From the IMG/VR virus record IMGVR_UViG_3300020045_011333, positions 120,941 through 184,940 of that record: a stretch of 64,000 nucleotides of DNA; one strand, written 5' to 3'. Positions 1-10,702 of this stretch are shown piece by piece (the stretch's first letter is position 1; the number at the start of each line of letters is the position of its first letter). Made by a program: the position numbers and the translations under genes. The notes beneath the pieces are model-generated. The model was not told the DNA's origin, ran no database searches, and worked only from the letters and a program-made list of their open reading frames with translations. The stretch is from a virus.

Positions 1-525
1 TTCAGTTGCAATTAACTTCCTAAATTCTTTAAGAAATTCTTCTCTGGCATGTCTAGGTTCCCAAGGATGGAAACGATCATCTACTTGCTTAATAATGGAA
101 ACATCAATAATATTTTGCCAATGTTTAATGAACATTGTACCTTCAAAATCGAGAAGGAGTTTATCAGCTATTTTTAATTGTTCATGAGCTTCTTTAGAAG
201 GAAGTGCGCCTAAAAATTTATTGTAGATTTTGTTTTGCATCCGAGTTTCCATTTTCTGGAAATCAGGAAGTTCAGCCTTAAAAGGTGTTGGCATATCAGA
301 ACCATAGGCTTCACTCGCATCATGAATAAGACCTAACATTTTGTGTTTCTTCATAAAACGGCTCACATAAACGCTATGCTGAGCCACGGAATAAAATGAA
401 CTAGTGTGACCAGCCCAACGACAATTATTAGACAAGGCGTGAGCAATATCAACAATGTCGAAATCATCTTCACTATATGATTTTACATAAAAATCAATAC
501 CTGTAAACGTCGTAATATAACTCAA
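1..525 (-). CDS. HD-domain 5'-deoxynucleotidase-like protein (YfbR-like), runs off window start
   Basis: Manual translation from TTG at 525: LSYITTFTGIDF...DIAHALSNNCRWAGH...YSVAQHSV...LIHDASEAY..DMPTPFK; no stop before base 1; absent from ORF track. Confidence 0.72.
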   Translation of the reverse strand, partial: MSYITTFTGIDFYVKSYSEDDFDIVDIAHALSNNCRWAGHTSSFYSVAQHSVYVSRFMKKHKMLGLIHDASEAYGSDMPTPFKAELPDFQKMETRMQNKIYNKFLGALPSKEAHEQLKIADKLLLDFEGTMFIKHWQNIIDVSIIKQVDDRFHPWEPRHAREEFLKEFRKLIATE

Positions 526-543
526 TGTATTAAACTTTCATTA

Positions 544-885
544 TTACATAAAACTGTGAAAAATATAACCTACAAGTAGAGCAAAAGTGGGTAAGGCATA
601 CATAAACATTATACGCTTTTCCAATGTATCTGCTTTAGATTGTAAAGATTCAGTCTCAGAATTATCTGTTTTATATACAGCCGTAAGTAAATTCTTTAAA
701 ACTATAATGCCCATGCCATGGGCCATACCAATAGGAAGAACTCCTAGTGGAACTAGGAACCAAAACCATAAATAACTTAGCACAAAGGCATTATAAAACA
801 TAATAATTGGGAATGAAATTAAAGCTAGGATAGCCAAAATGCCAATTTTAGTTTTTAATTTCTTTTCAACTTCTGTTTCAATCAT
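544..885 (-). CDS. Hypothetical membrane protein
   Basis: 113 aa with several hydrophobic segments; packed against neighbours. Confidence 0.55.
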   Translation of the reverse strand: MIETEVEKKLKTKIGILAILALISFPIIMFYNAFVLSYLWFWFLVPLGVLPIGMAHGMGIIVLKNLLTAVYKTDNSETESLQSKADTLEKRIMFMYALPTFALLVGYIFHSFM

Positions 886-887
886 TA

Positions 888-1268
888 TTATCTAACCTTT
901 TTAGATTTATTAATTATTTTTGTTCTAGCTTTAATTGGTTTTCTACAGAAAGATTCTCTATATCTTGATAAATACTTATTTACATCAAGGCCAAGCTCGT
1001 ATTGTTGATACATGATTTCTGGATGATCATTTAGATATTCTCTATAATCCTTATAACTTTTATCGTAGGCATCAAATAACATAAAATCTATTGGGCCATT
1101 ACATGCCGTATATTTAAATCTATTATCTTTTTTGATTAGCCATTTGAATGTCTCGGAATACTTGTCAATTAAAAATTCTAGGTGTTCATCTGAAATATCT
1201 ATGAATATATGGCTAGGAGGAGTTTTTCTTGAAGAAAATTTTTTATAAAACCTTTTAATTGATTTCAT
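888..1268 (-). CDS. Hypothetical protein
   Basis: 126-aa ORF overlapping the tdk stop. Confidence 0.5.
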   Translation of the reverse strand: MKSIKRFYKKFSSRKTPPSHIFIDISDEHLEFLIDKYSETFKWLIKKDNRFKYTACNGPIDFMLFDAYDKSYKDYREYLNDHPEIMYQQYELGLDVNKYLSRYRESFCRKPIKARTKIINKSKKVR

Positions 1269-1825
1269 AATTTAAATGCTTCTTTCCAATGTTTACGGCA
1301 AACTGATTCATATTCACTATCCCCTATTTCAACTACGTCAGTAGTAATAATAGGTCTACCGTTTCGCCGCCTTAAGATTTGTGTTGCTTTACTCCCACAA
1401 TGGCAAACAGTTTTTAGTTCTTTTATTTGATCAGCAAGAGCTAATAGTGTTTCTATTGCGGGACTAAATAGTTGTCCATTAGAATTATTTTTCAACCCAT
1501 AACAAAGCACGGGGATATTATAGCTATCAACAATTGAAGCCAATTCAATGATGTGATCTGGTGTGAAAAATTGAATTTCATCCACAAAGATAACTGAAGG
1601 TTTTTCTGAGGTGACATATAGACTGAAACCTTGATCAGTTAGTGCAATAGCTTGTTTCGAAATCCCCACTCTTGAATTAATGTACCCTATTCCTCCACGA
1701 GAGTCAAGCCCCGAAGTAAAATAAAATACTTTCCAACCCTTGCTTTCATAGTTATGAGCGGCTTGAAGCAGAGCCGTACTTTTACCTGCATTCATCACGC
1801 TGTAGAAAAAATGAAGCTTAGCCAT
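1265..1825 (-). CDS. tdk: Thymidine kinase
   Basis: YSVMNAGKST P-loop, VDEIQF, CHCG and YESVCRKHW zinc motifs. Confidence 0.93.
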   Translation of the reverse strand: MAKLHFFYSVMNAGKSTALLQAAHNYESKGWKVFYFTSGLDSRGGIGYINSRVGISKQAIALTDQGFSLYVTSEKPSVIFVDEIQFFTPDHIIELASIVDSYNIPVLCYGLKNNSNGQLFSPAIETLLALADQIKELKTVCHCGSKATQILRRRNGRPIITTDVVEIGDSEYESVCRKHWKEAFKL

Positions 1826-2153
1826 TATATTCCTTCTATTTCAACCACTATGAAAGGGTATTTATAAAATCTATAGCTACCGCCCATAAGGATATGTTTT
1901 TTATACATAGGCCAACAGCTTTGAAAGAAATGTATTTTTAATTTATAAGTCGGTCTATTAATTTTTAAAATCATTTATATAATCTTTTAAATCAATTTTT
2001 CGTCGTCAATAAAAATATACCTAGTGTGTTCTAAGTTAAATTTGGTTGCTTCATTCTCGAAGAATTTCTGATAATTCTCTAGTCTTACTATTAGGAATTT
2101 TAATATTCTTTAATAAACTTTTTAACAGACTGGCTTGTTTTCTCATTTCGTCC

Positions 2154-3176
2154 TCATCCATAGTTATCTCTCATGAAAATTGCACTATGTTCATCAATAA
2201 TTTGATTTAAATGCATTTCATATATAACTTCATCCATCCAAGCCTCATCGACTTTTTCAGGTAAATCAGATACTAACATCAATTGTTCTAATTTGTCAAG
2301 GTTATTTTCTAACATATTAGCAATTTCACGATACGGATGCTCGCCTCGTTTAATGGTTAATAGTTCTTGAGCATTATACCTAGGGAAAATAATATCGCCC
2401 GTTTGTAATAATTCCATGGCTTGCTCTGATACTCTAATGGCATGATAGAGGGCTTTCCAATCCACACCTTCGTTTTTCTCAGCCGCAAGCGCTCTAGAGC
2501 CAAATTCATCAAAGGCTCGTTTATAGATGGCGTAAGCTTCTTTTAAAGCAATGTTGTAACCTACTTTACGATTAACTACTTCCAAATATTTCACTAATTC
2601 AGCGGAACCTTTAGCTACGGGTAGTTCAATAATTTCAGCATGTTCATTGATTAAGCAAAAACATTCAAAGTAATGTTCAAAGTCAGGAACATCTTTGATT
2701 TTGGCTGTTGCTCCGTAAGCGCTGATCCATGAACCGAAAAGCTCTGTGGCGTTACGAGCCGCTGCTACTCGTGATCCTCGAATCCCATATTTGTTGGATT
2801 GTTGCCGACAGTAACCTACGAAGCCTTTGATATCACGAGCAATTAATTTATTTTTGTTAGGAAGAATTGTATCTTTCCATTCATTAGACATAAATTCTGC
2901 TTGTTCTTCTCTGACATGCAATAGTTCTTGCGCCACCATATCTCCACGGCGGAGCATATCAAAAAATTTAAGAATAGAGAAACTTTCATCATCCACATCA
3001 TCTACAGTATTTTTAACTTTATCACTGCCAGTTGATTTGGAGATTACTTTTTGAGTGTTTTGCATAATAAGGCTTTTGGCGTCAGGTACGTGCACACCTT
3101 TATAATCAGTATCACTAGTTGGTGTTGTTGTTCCGTAAAGCGCAGACCCAAACTTCAGACGAATTAATGAGTGCAT
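2154..3176 (-). CDS. Pol-beta-superfamily nucleotidyltransferase (RlaP-like)
   Basis: FGSALYGTTTPTSDTDYKGV (GS...DxD) and C-terminal DWKALYHAIRV helical region. Confidence 0.75.
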   Translation of the reverse strand: MHSLIRLKFGSALYGTTTPTSDTDYKGVHVPDAKSLIMQNTQKVISKSTGSDKVKNTVDDVDDESFSILKFFDMLRRGDMVAQELLHVREEQAEFMSNEWKDTILPNKNKLIARDIKGFVGYCRQQSNKYGIRGSRVAAARNATELFGSWISAYGATAKIKDVPDFEHYFECFCLINEHAEIIELPVAKGSAELVKYLEVVNRKVGYNIALKEAYAIYKRAFDEFGSRALAAEKNEGVDWKALYHAIRVSEQAMELLQTGDIIFPRYNAQELLTIKRGEHPYREIANMLENNLDKLEQLMLVSDLPEKVDEAWMDEVIYEMHLNQIIDEHSAIFMRDNYG

Positions 3177-3379
3177 AATTATTCCCTAATAATATCCATT
3201 CGATTAAATGAATCTGTTTCAACCCAACTTGTCACCTTTTTACCATCCAATTCATGAGTGATAGTAATATATAATGAATCTTTTGTGGGCGTTGAAAAAT
3301 CTATTACATTAACATATGTATAATGATCATAGTCTTTAATTAAAGTGATTTTCATGTTTTGTTCCATTTACAGAATAAA

Positions 3380-3403
3380 ATAAGGGCGAAACATCGCCCT
3401 TAT
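3380..3403 (-). terminator. Rho-independent terminator after TAXI gene
   Basis: ATAAGGGCGA-AACA-TCGCCCTTAT hairpin followed by a T-run on the minus strand. Confidence 0.75.
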
Positions 3404-3423
3404 AAAGTTGATTAAAGAGGATA

Positions 3424-4350
3424 TTACTGAAGGCCCTTAGCGCTTCGAACTAGCTTCTTGACATCAGGAATAGTTAGGCCAACTTCACCAAAATCTTCTG
3501 GATGCTGTTCGGCCCAAGCATTAGAAAGAACAATTGCAGCAGTCACAGCGACAGTTGGGACTGACTTATATCCATAAACAGCACCAGATGGCATAAGCTT
3601 TCCATAAGCATTACTAGGAATTTCTACATCGTCGTTCCAGACTGAAAGAGAATTACCCTTATTATCCTTATAAACTACGTCATTGAAATCTTTATCTTCT
3701 ACTTGCACAACAACTAGGTTGTCGGCAAACTTCTCTGCATTCTTCATAAACTGATTGCCGGGAGAACCAGTATAAGCCATGCAAGCCCCTTGACCGCCAT
3801 TAAGCTTAACTAGAGCAGATGCGCCGCCCTCATTATCAAGTGGAACTTCCTTGTAGTCACCGCCGCCATTATCGATATCTGCACGAATAAGACCGCGAAG
3901 AGTAACATCAGAACCACTGCCACGGCCTCCGGTGTAAACCTTAGTTGATTTAGTTAGACCTGAAAATTCCTTTACACCGCTATTACGATTGCATAGAAGA
4001 ACAAACATTTCACTATAGAGATTTGGTTCTAGGGTTTGAATATTTAGACCACTAGCATTCTCTTTTGAGAATAGATATAGAGCATCACTCTGAGCCAGAG
4101 CGCCATCGCACTCACCGGAAGAGACCTTCTGAAGGTTTTCCCAAGAACCCGCAGTGGGAACAACTTCTACATTAACCTGTCCCTTAAGCTGCTTCTGAAG
4201 CTGGAGGGCAGTAAATTCGTAATTACCTCCCTTCACTCCGGCGCAAAACTTTAGCGTAGGAACATTAGACTGAGCCATTGCAGGAACCACAGCCCCACCA
4301 AAACCAGCAAGTGCTACAACCGTAGCCATTACAAAATTCATCTTCTTCAT
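3424..4350 (-). CDS. TAXI-family TRAP solute-binding protein
   Basis: Signal peptide (AMA-QS), GVKGGNY, TAGSWENL, ALAQSD, YTGGRGSGS motifs; AAGGAG RBS. Confidence 0.78.
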   Translation of the reverse strand: MKKMNFVMATVVALAGFGGAVVPAMAQSNVPTLKFCAGVKGGNYEFTALQLQKQLKGQVNVEVVPTAGSWENLQKVSSGECDGALAQSDALYLFSKENASGLNIQTLEPNLYSEMFVLLCNRNSGVKEFSGLTKSTKVYTGGRGSGSDVTLRGLIRADIDNGGGDYKEVPLDNEGGASALVKLNGGQGACMAYTGSPGNQFMKNAEKFADNLVVVQVEDKDFNDVVYKDNKGNSLSVWNDDVEIPSNAYGKLMPSGAVYGYKSVPTVAVTAAIVLSNAWAEQHPEDFGEVGLTIPDVKKLVRSAKGLQ

Positions 4351-4425
4351 ATTATTTCTCCTTTAAAGACTCTCCAAAATTGGAGAGTTGATTATTTAAT
4401 TTGGAACATCACCAACATAGTCAGT

Positions 4426-4966
4426 TTATGAAACCATGTCAACATCTTTTTTGAACAAAGGAATCATTTCTTGCCTAGAAAGAAACTTGTAATCTCTAAC
4501 AATATATTTTTCAATAATTACAATAGCCTGTTTACCCAAAACTTCTACAACCAAATCAAATTCAGATTTTACAGCATTACTACTTCTGTCATAGCTTTTA
4601 ACGTCATGAGATAGTAATGTTTTCCCAATTTTTAGTGGAGTAGCATCATATACATATAGATAAAGAACTGTTTTAGCTAGGTCGCGAGGAACACCTAATT
4701 CAAAAGCTAATTCCCTATAAAGATTTCCGCTATCTTCAACTTTTAATGCCATATCAGTTATACTCCATTAATTCATGTTGATCCAATAAATCTTGAAATT
4801 CTTCTATAATTTCCATAGCTCTACGAACTTTAGCTGCATCACTTGGGACCAAGTAATCTTCAGGCTCAATGTAGCCGCCAAACAGATCGTAGAAAAAATC
4901 TTGTGTAGATCCTATAATTGCATCTTCTTTAATTTTCATTTTTATTAATCTCACTGGTTCATCCAT
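4426..4966 (-). other. Two small hypothetical CDS (4426-4752, 4754-4966)
   Basis: Tightly packed co-oriented ORFs with ATG starts. Confidence 0.5.
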
Positions 4967-5000
4967 CTTTAACTACCTTTATAACTATTGTATTTTCTAA

Positions 5001-6740
5001 TCATGATGGTTTCCTATCTAGGGCTTCTTTAATCATTTTCAGCTTTTCTAAAACAATTTCCATCAAACGTTCTTCCAGTGAACCGGAAACAATGAGATAA
5101 TGAATCAAGGCGTGAGCCTTTTGGCCAATCCTGTGAATTCTATCTTCACCTTGCTCAAGCAAAGCAGGGACGAAGCACAATTCGCCCATGACAAGATTCC
5201 ATGCCTCAGTAAGGGTGATTCCGACACCTGCGGCATTTATATTTCCGATGAACAACCTACAGTTATCATCATTTTGAAACCGTTCAACAGATTCATTTTT
5301 CTCTTTATTAGACATTCCACCAATAAATTTGACAGAAATATCTTCGAACGCGGCTGCTACTTTATGAGCCACGGCGCGATGGACGCAAAGAAAAACTACT
5401 TTCTCACCGCTGTCAAGTAAATTTCTAACGTATTCAATCATCATTGAAAGTTTGGCTAAACCAATTTCTTCCCTAGCTTGAGACATAGCTTCAAAATGAG
5501 AAGCTTCGTAATCATCATAATCATCTTCTTCACTGAAATTTTTAGTTCTTTCGTGAATATTATCAATGAGTTTTCGTAATTCTTTATCTGTAATTTCTTG
5601 ATAATCTTCTTCAGTCTTTTCACCGCTCATAATCATGAGGGCTTTAAGATTATCAGCAAAGATTTGCTTTTCTTTCTTGACTAACTTTGAAAGTCCATCA
5701 TTCGGTAGTGTAACTATCTGCCTCCGTTTAGGAGGAAGCTCTTTCAAAACATCATCCTTTAGGCGACGAATCATGAAAGTTGTTCTGAGAAGTTCTTGAA
5801 ACTCTGTTAGATTATCTGTTCCACTTGTATCCCAACCCCAAGGAGTTTCAAATGCGGCGCAGAATTTCTTTACGAATTTAATATAGTTACCAAAAACATT
5901 CTCGTGACCAAACGAAGAAATCATCACCCACATATCTAGAGGCTTGTTTAAGATAGGTGTACCAGTCAAGAAAATTCTTTTAAGTGCCGGGATAGGAGCT
6001 AAACGATCACTTTTCTTTTTGCCTTGATAACCCAAGACTTGCTTAGTTTTTCCTGCTTTTTCATTTTTCAGAACGTGAGCTTCATCACAGACTAGAATAT
6101 CCCAAGTCTTGGAATGAATTTTATCTCTGAATTTTTCTAGCATATCATAGTTTATGATAACTACATTATCATCTTCGGGCCAAATATATTCAGTAGTTGA
6201 TTTTTTAGTCCCTTCACTATCTATAATAATTTTTGGTTTGGTGTGAGCTATCCCAATAGTTAGACCAAGTTCTGGCCTGATCCATTTGATTGCTTCTTTT
6301 TCCCAATTAAGTTTTAGAGAAGCAGGAACTATAAGCAATACATTTTTAACTTTAGATGCATTATTAATTACACCTAGTGCTTGGATAGTTTTGCCAAGAC
6401 CCGGTTGATCCGCAATCAATGTATCATCACGCTCTAGTGCAAACGCAATACCGGCACGTTGAAACGGAAGATAGGATAGACCTTCAGGAACTAATAAAAC
6501 ATCATCATAATCTGTCGCATAACTTGCTTCAATTAATTGTTGCTTAATTATCTTAAGATTATCCAACCTTTCACGGGCCGAATCAACACAATTCTCATAG
6601 AATTTCCGAGCCACATCATCATCTGATGTAACCCATTTACCTTCTATAAATTTAAAGCCTTGACGCTTTAGAACAAGACGTTCTTCAAAAGTACAACGGG
6701 CTACGTATAACCCGTTGATACGATTAATTTTTATTGTCAT
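5001..6740 (-). CDS. SNF2-family helicase/translocase (SMARCAL1-like)
   Basis: LIADQPGLGKT, DEAH, FLTGTP, GVGITLT, QGEDRIHRIGQ. Confidence 0.88.
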   Translation of the reverse strand: MTIKINRINGLYVARCTFEERLVLKRQGFKFIEGKWVTSDDDVARKFYENCVDSARERLDNLKIIKQQLIEASYATDYDDVLLVPEGLSYLPFQRAGIAFALERDDTLIADQPGLGKTIQALGVINNASKVKNVLLIVPASLKLNWEKEAIKWIRPELGLTIGIAHTKPKIIIDSEGTKKSTTEYIWPEDDNVVIINYDMLEKFRDKIHSKTWDILVCDEAHVLKNEKAGKTKQVLGYQGKKKSDRLAPIPALKRIFLTGTPILNKPLDMWVMISSFGHENVFGNYIKFVKKFCAAFETPWGWDTSGTDNLTEFQELLRTTFMIRRLKDDVLKELPPKRRQIVTLPNDGLSKLVKKEKQIFADNLKALMIMSGEKTEEDYQEITDKELRKLIDNIHERTKNFSEEDDYDDYEASHFEAMSQAREEIGLAKLSMMIEYVRNLLDSGEKVVFLCVHRAVAHKVAAAFEDISVKFIGGMSNKEKNESVERFQNDDNCRLFIGNINAAGVGITLTEAWNLVMGELCFVPALLEQGEDRIHRIGQKAHALIHYLIVSGSLEERLMEIVLEKLKMIKEALDRKPS

Positions 6741-6746
6741 GTAATA

Positions 6747-7475
6747 TTATTCATCATCTTTGCGGGTATAAAGATTTGCAATTAGCTTATCCATTGCTGT
6801 AATAGCTTCAATCAAATCTTCCTTGATATAGGTTTGCTTACGCTCTGCGATCTTATATAGCGTATCTCGGGCAGCATGACATTCAAGGAGGCTTAGGATT
6901 CTAGGTGAGCGGCCCACCTCTTTTTCTTTTGTAGGACCGATCAGAGAAAGAATGATGGTATCACCCTTCCTCATCATGATCTGCTCTCCGGGGTAAAGCT
7001 CAGACATTTGCATAGCAAAAATCTTGGCTGCAAGTTCCGAGTTTTCACTGCCAAGGAATTTACCCTTTTGAGTCTCGATTACGTACTTCTTTTTGAATAA
7101 ATAGCTTAACATGGTCATTCTTTGTTATTAGTTTCAATTTTGGTCTAAACTGTTCCAAGAAACATATTTAAATCCGATTAAGATATATTCTTCGTCATAA
7201 GCTTCATTATAGAACCATTGTTCCGCATTTTCTTTAGTGACGTGAACCATATCAAGGAACATTGGTTCGCCATACTCACTGTCTTTAACTACAGTAAGCC
7301 AACCATCTGTACTATTTACTCGTGTAAAATTTTCTCTAAATGTAGCATTTTCAAAAATTGCTACACTTAAATCATCAAACCTAACCACAACTTCGTCATG
7401 GACAGAGGTGTAAATGACTTCTACTTCTCCATAAAAGTCACTTACATATTTCTCATATTTATTAGTTTCTGTCAT
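6747..7475 (-). other. Two hypothetical CDS (6747-7118, 7134-7475)
   Basis: Co-oriented ORFs, coupled to the RNA ligase gene. Confidence 0.5.
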
Positions 7476-8467
7476 AAATTACTTTCAATCTTTTTAATGT
7501 ACCAATCTCGTGAGGCTTGAGCCACACTTTTAGCTACAACTCTCCACTCCAAACCAGAAGCTTCCAATTCATTTACGCTTTCTTTTTTAACGTCTGCGCC
7601 AACCCATCCCATGAATGGGCCAATATTTTTACTATTTAATTCCCCATTACAAGCTTCAACTAATCCCTGCTCACATCTAGCTTCAGTGACGAATTGTGTT
7701 GTGAATGTTTCAGTGCCAGCAAGAATAATAGGATCAATTGCTACAAGGGCTTTAAATTTACTAACCTTAGAATTAGAATGGCTTTCACCTTTGGCTTTAA
7801 AGAGATACTGAGAACGGTATTTCTTATGTTCGCCTTTAGTCAGCCAGCCATCGGCAGGATAGAATACAAAACCTTCGCCAATTCCATCAATACCAAACTT
7901 TTCTTTAATAAAAGGATCAGATTTATCACAATCATCTACAAGTAAAGAGATATCAGATGTAAATTTTTCCATAGAACTATGGAGACGAAAATCTACAACG
8001 AATTCAGATGTACTCCATGGTAGTACATAGGTGTTAGGCGTATCCATTACATATAGTTTTATGTTATCAGGTTCATATACCCAAACATTTGTTTCGGGAA
8101 AATATACAGAAAAGGGGAAGAAAGCTTTCTTTTCAATCTGAGATACAGCTACACCTTTTTGAACTCCGGGACCGGCCCATTCTCCATAGATGATGAAAGT
8201 TGTGCCATCCATTGGAGTAATGTACTGCTTAACTGTCTCAAGCCAATTAGCAAAACCTGCGTTATCATTATCAATAGACACTAAGCCGGTACGCTTGCCG
8301 CCTTTAATAATACCATCAGAAGATACAACTATTGCTGCATTTGTCCCATGAAGTTTAACTTTTCCACGATACGTTACAGTAGGGCGATCTTCAATTTCAA
8401 AAGCCCGCTTAACCATAGCATTTACATCGCTGAACTTTTCAATACTTGGAAACTTAATAAATGTCAT
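7472..8467 (-). CDS. RNA ligase, Rnl2-like
   Basis: Motif I KLHGTN, YGEWAGPGVQKG (resembles T4 Rnl2 FGEFAGPGIQK), GEGFV, FKAK. Confidence 0.8.
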   Translation of the reverse strand: MTFIKFPSIEKFSDVNAMVKRAFEIEDRPTVTYRGKVKLHGTNAAIVVSSDGIIKGGKRTGLVSIDNDNAGFANWLETVKQYITPMDGTTFIIYGEWAGPGVQKGVAVSQIEKKAFFPFSVYFPETNVWVYEPDNIKLYVMDTPNTYVLPWSTSEFVVDFRLHSSMEKFTSDISLLVDDCDKSDPFIKEKFGIDGIGEGFVFYPADGWLTKGEHKKYRSQYLFKAKGESHSNSKVSKFKALVAIDPIILAGTETFTTQFVTEARCEQGLVEACNGELNSKNIGPFMGWVGADVKKESVNELEASGLEWRVVAKSVAQASRDWYIKKIESNL

Positions 8468-8819
8468 GATGGCCTCCTTTTAGATGTAAAACAGTATAAC
8501 TATCTTCTGATTTTTCGATAATTTCCTGTTCCTTATATTCGTCTATAAAACCTTTATCAATCCTAAAAGGATCGTCATCTACCCAAATAGAAATGTTTAT
8601 TCCACGCTCTTCACAGACTTTTCGCTTTGCCCGATAATTACAATAAATAATAGGTATGCCAAAATCTTTAAAGTCTTGTGCCAATTCAACCGGCGTATCC
8701 ATTCCTCTGGATGTGACTAGATAAATATTATGATTACTAGCTTGCATGATCGGAATAATCTGTTTCCACATTTCAACATCAGCACCGTAAGTTCCGTCAT
8801 AGTCAAGCATTATGTTCAT
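8454..8819 (-). CDS. Small HAD-family phosphatase
   Basis: MLDYDGT motif I, LVTSR motif II, WVDDDP motif IV. Confidence 0.72.
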   Translation of the reverse strand: MNIMLDYDGTYGADVEMWKQIIPIMQASNHNIYLVTSRGMDTPVELAQDFKDFGIPIIYCNYRAKRKVCEERGINISIWVDDDPFRIDKGFIDEYKEQEIIEKSEDSYTVLHLKGGHHDIY

Positions 8820-8963
8820 TGTTTAAGTTTTTCTTCTAATTCCATAAATAACATTTGAGCCGTGGCTTCTGTAATTTTACCTTGCTCTAAGCGAACCGCA
8901 ATTGTATTACCACTAACTAAAAAATTAAAATATTTACCAAAGTATTTATGACTAATATACAGA

Positions 8964-9464
8964 CTATTCTTCATCTTCATCTTCGCTGTCAAATGTAACT
9001 ATTTGAATGTCACCACCAGACATATTATCTAAATAAATAGCCGCTTTAACCGCTTCTACTGCTGACGCTCCATGAAACATGGCACCTTGAGCTATAGGAC
9101 CACCAGAGCCAATAGAAATGAAATCTGCGGTAACTTCAATGCCCCTTAAAGAGCTTCCATCATAAAGTGTTATTGTCCCGTCTTCACAAATAGATAATAT
9201 ATTAGATTCATAGGTATTTTTATTTTGCGGTGCGCCAGCGAAGATGCAATCAATATAATCAAGACAATCCGCAACAGCACCTGCATAACCTACTAAATAA
9301 GAAATTTCTTGTGGCTCTTTTCTTTTGATAATTCTATCAATCCAAGACAATTCCTCAACAGCTTTAATCTTCCTTACCTTAATGACATTTCCGTCATAAA
9401 TATTATCTCCTGATGATTTTGAATCTGATGCAAGTACGCCGTCTCGGTATGCTACTGTTGTCAA
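8964..9464 (-). CDS. HslV-like Ntn-hydrolase peptidase
   Basis: N-terminal MTTVAYRDGVLASD, SIGSGG, AVEAVKAA..D..SGG. Confidence 0.72.
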   Translation of the reverse strand: MTTVAYRDGVLASDSKSSGDNIYDGNVIKVRKIKAVEELSWIDRIIKRKEPQEISYLVGYAGAVADCLDYIDCIFAGAPQNKNTYESNILSICEDGTITLYDGSSLRGIEVTADFISIGSGGPIAQGAMFHGASAVEAVKAAIYLDNMSGGDIQIVTFDSEDEDEE

Positions 9465-9986
9465 ATGCTTATTGCTCCTTCATTAAATTTCTTTATTTCG
9501 TCAAATGTGGCGGGAGCATAACCAAAATTATCGACACCAACATCTACACGATTCTTTCTAATCGGCACTGTATCTGTTCTTCCATGAACATGTCCATGGA
9601 ACATCCAAGCCTTTCTGAAATATCCATTCCATTCTTCAATAGGGTAGTGACAAAGAGTTATTTTTTCTCCATTTAGATCAACTTCTTGATAAGGAAGTGC
9701 TACTTCCCAACCATCAGCAACAATGGTTTTCTCATTATCATGATTACCTATAATAAGAAATTTTTTTCCGTGAAGCCGTTTTAGAAAGAAATCAGCATCG
9801 TTAGAAGATTTATAATTGAAATCTCCTAGGTGGAAAACTACATCTTCAGGGGTTACTTTCTCATTCCATCTACGAATTAATTCTTCGTCATGTTCTTTAA
9901 TATCTTTGAAAGGACGACCATTGCCAAGTGTTAAAATTTTATTATGAGAAAAAGTGACTGTCAGATGTGAAAAATACATTAGCCAT
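9461..9986 (-). pseudogene. Calcineurin-like metallophosphoesterase with a +1 frameshift after codon 12
   Basis: AGGAGG RBS plus ATG at 9986 gives MANVFFTSDSHF then FS-stop; the +1 frame continues FSHNKIL...HLGDF...GNHD...HYP...HGHVH; 5-T run at 9949-9953. Confidence 0.75.
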
Positions 9987-10088
9987 TTGACTCCTCCTTT
10001 CTATCCCATCGTTTGCAGTGGGGGTTGCTACGAAAGTATTTTCGCAAGGTATGTTCTCACATTTTTTATAATTTTTTGGTCTGGCCAT

Positions 10089-10601
10089 TTATAAATACTT
10101 TTTAATATAATCAATTGCAATACATGAATCGTAGATATAATCGAAGTTTTCAGTCATGCTAGGAGCTTCATAGTTATCTTGCATATTTTTTAATACGTGT
10201 AAAGGAATATACTTCCCTTCCGAACCCACCCGCTTATAAAGTCTCCAAGCCCAATCTTCGGGGATTTCGAATACAACGGCAATCTTAACATAACTATCAA
10301 ATTTGTCAAGGATTATCTTTCTCTTTTTGGAAGAAAGATTAGTCTGATCCCATACTACATTAAACTCTTTGATTTTAGCCATACGAGCATCAGCTTCAAT
10401 TAATTTGGAAGCTTCGCCAACGTAATCTTTAAAAACTTCATTATAAGTTTTATTCACATTCTTAGCAAAATTATCAATATAGTCATCAGAGGAAATAGTG
10501 AGAAATTCTAAACAAGTTTCTTGTTTAAGCCTTGTCCTGAACGTTGATTTCCCTGTCCCCGGAAGGCCTACTAGCATTATCAGTATTGGTTTCTTCATCA
10601 A
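10089..10601 (-). CDS. P-loop polynucleotide kinase (AAA_33-like)
   Basis: GLPGTGKST, ISSDDY, VWDQTNL. Confidence 0.8.
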   Translation of the reverse strand: MMKKPILIMLVGLPGTGKSTFRTRLKQETCLEFLTISSDDYIDNFAKNVNKTYNEVFKDYVGEASKLIEADARMAKIKEFNVVWDQTNLSSKKRKIILDKFDSYVKIAVVFEIPEDWAWRLYKRVGSEGKYIPLHVLKNMQDNYEAPSMTENFDYIYDSCIAIDYIKKYL

Positions 10602-10702
10602 CTATTTCTTCTTTCTCTTCATCTTCAAAATTATAAATGAAAAATCTTCTTTCATCTTTCGATAAAGGAATTACATCTTTATTCCCTGAAGTAATAAACC
10701 AA

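Noticed and set aside
1826-2161. Possible multiply frameshifted gene between tdk and the nucleotidyltransferase
   Set aside because: Joining the frames needs several indels. Short ORFs (36 aa from 2161, ~49 aa ending at tdk) explain the region equally well.
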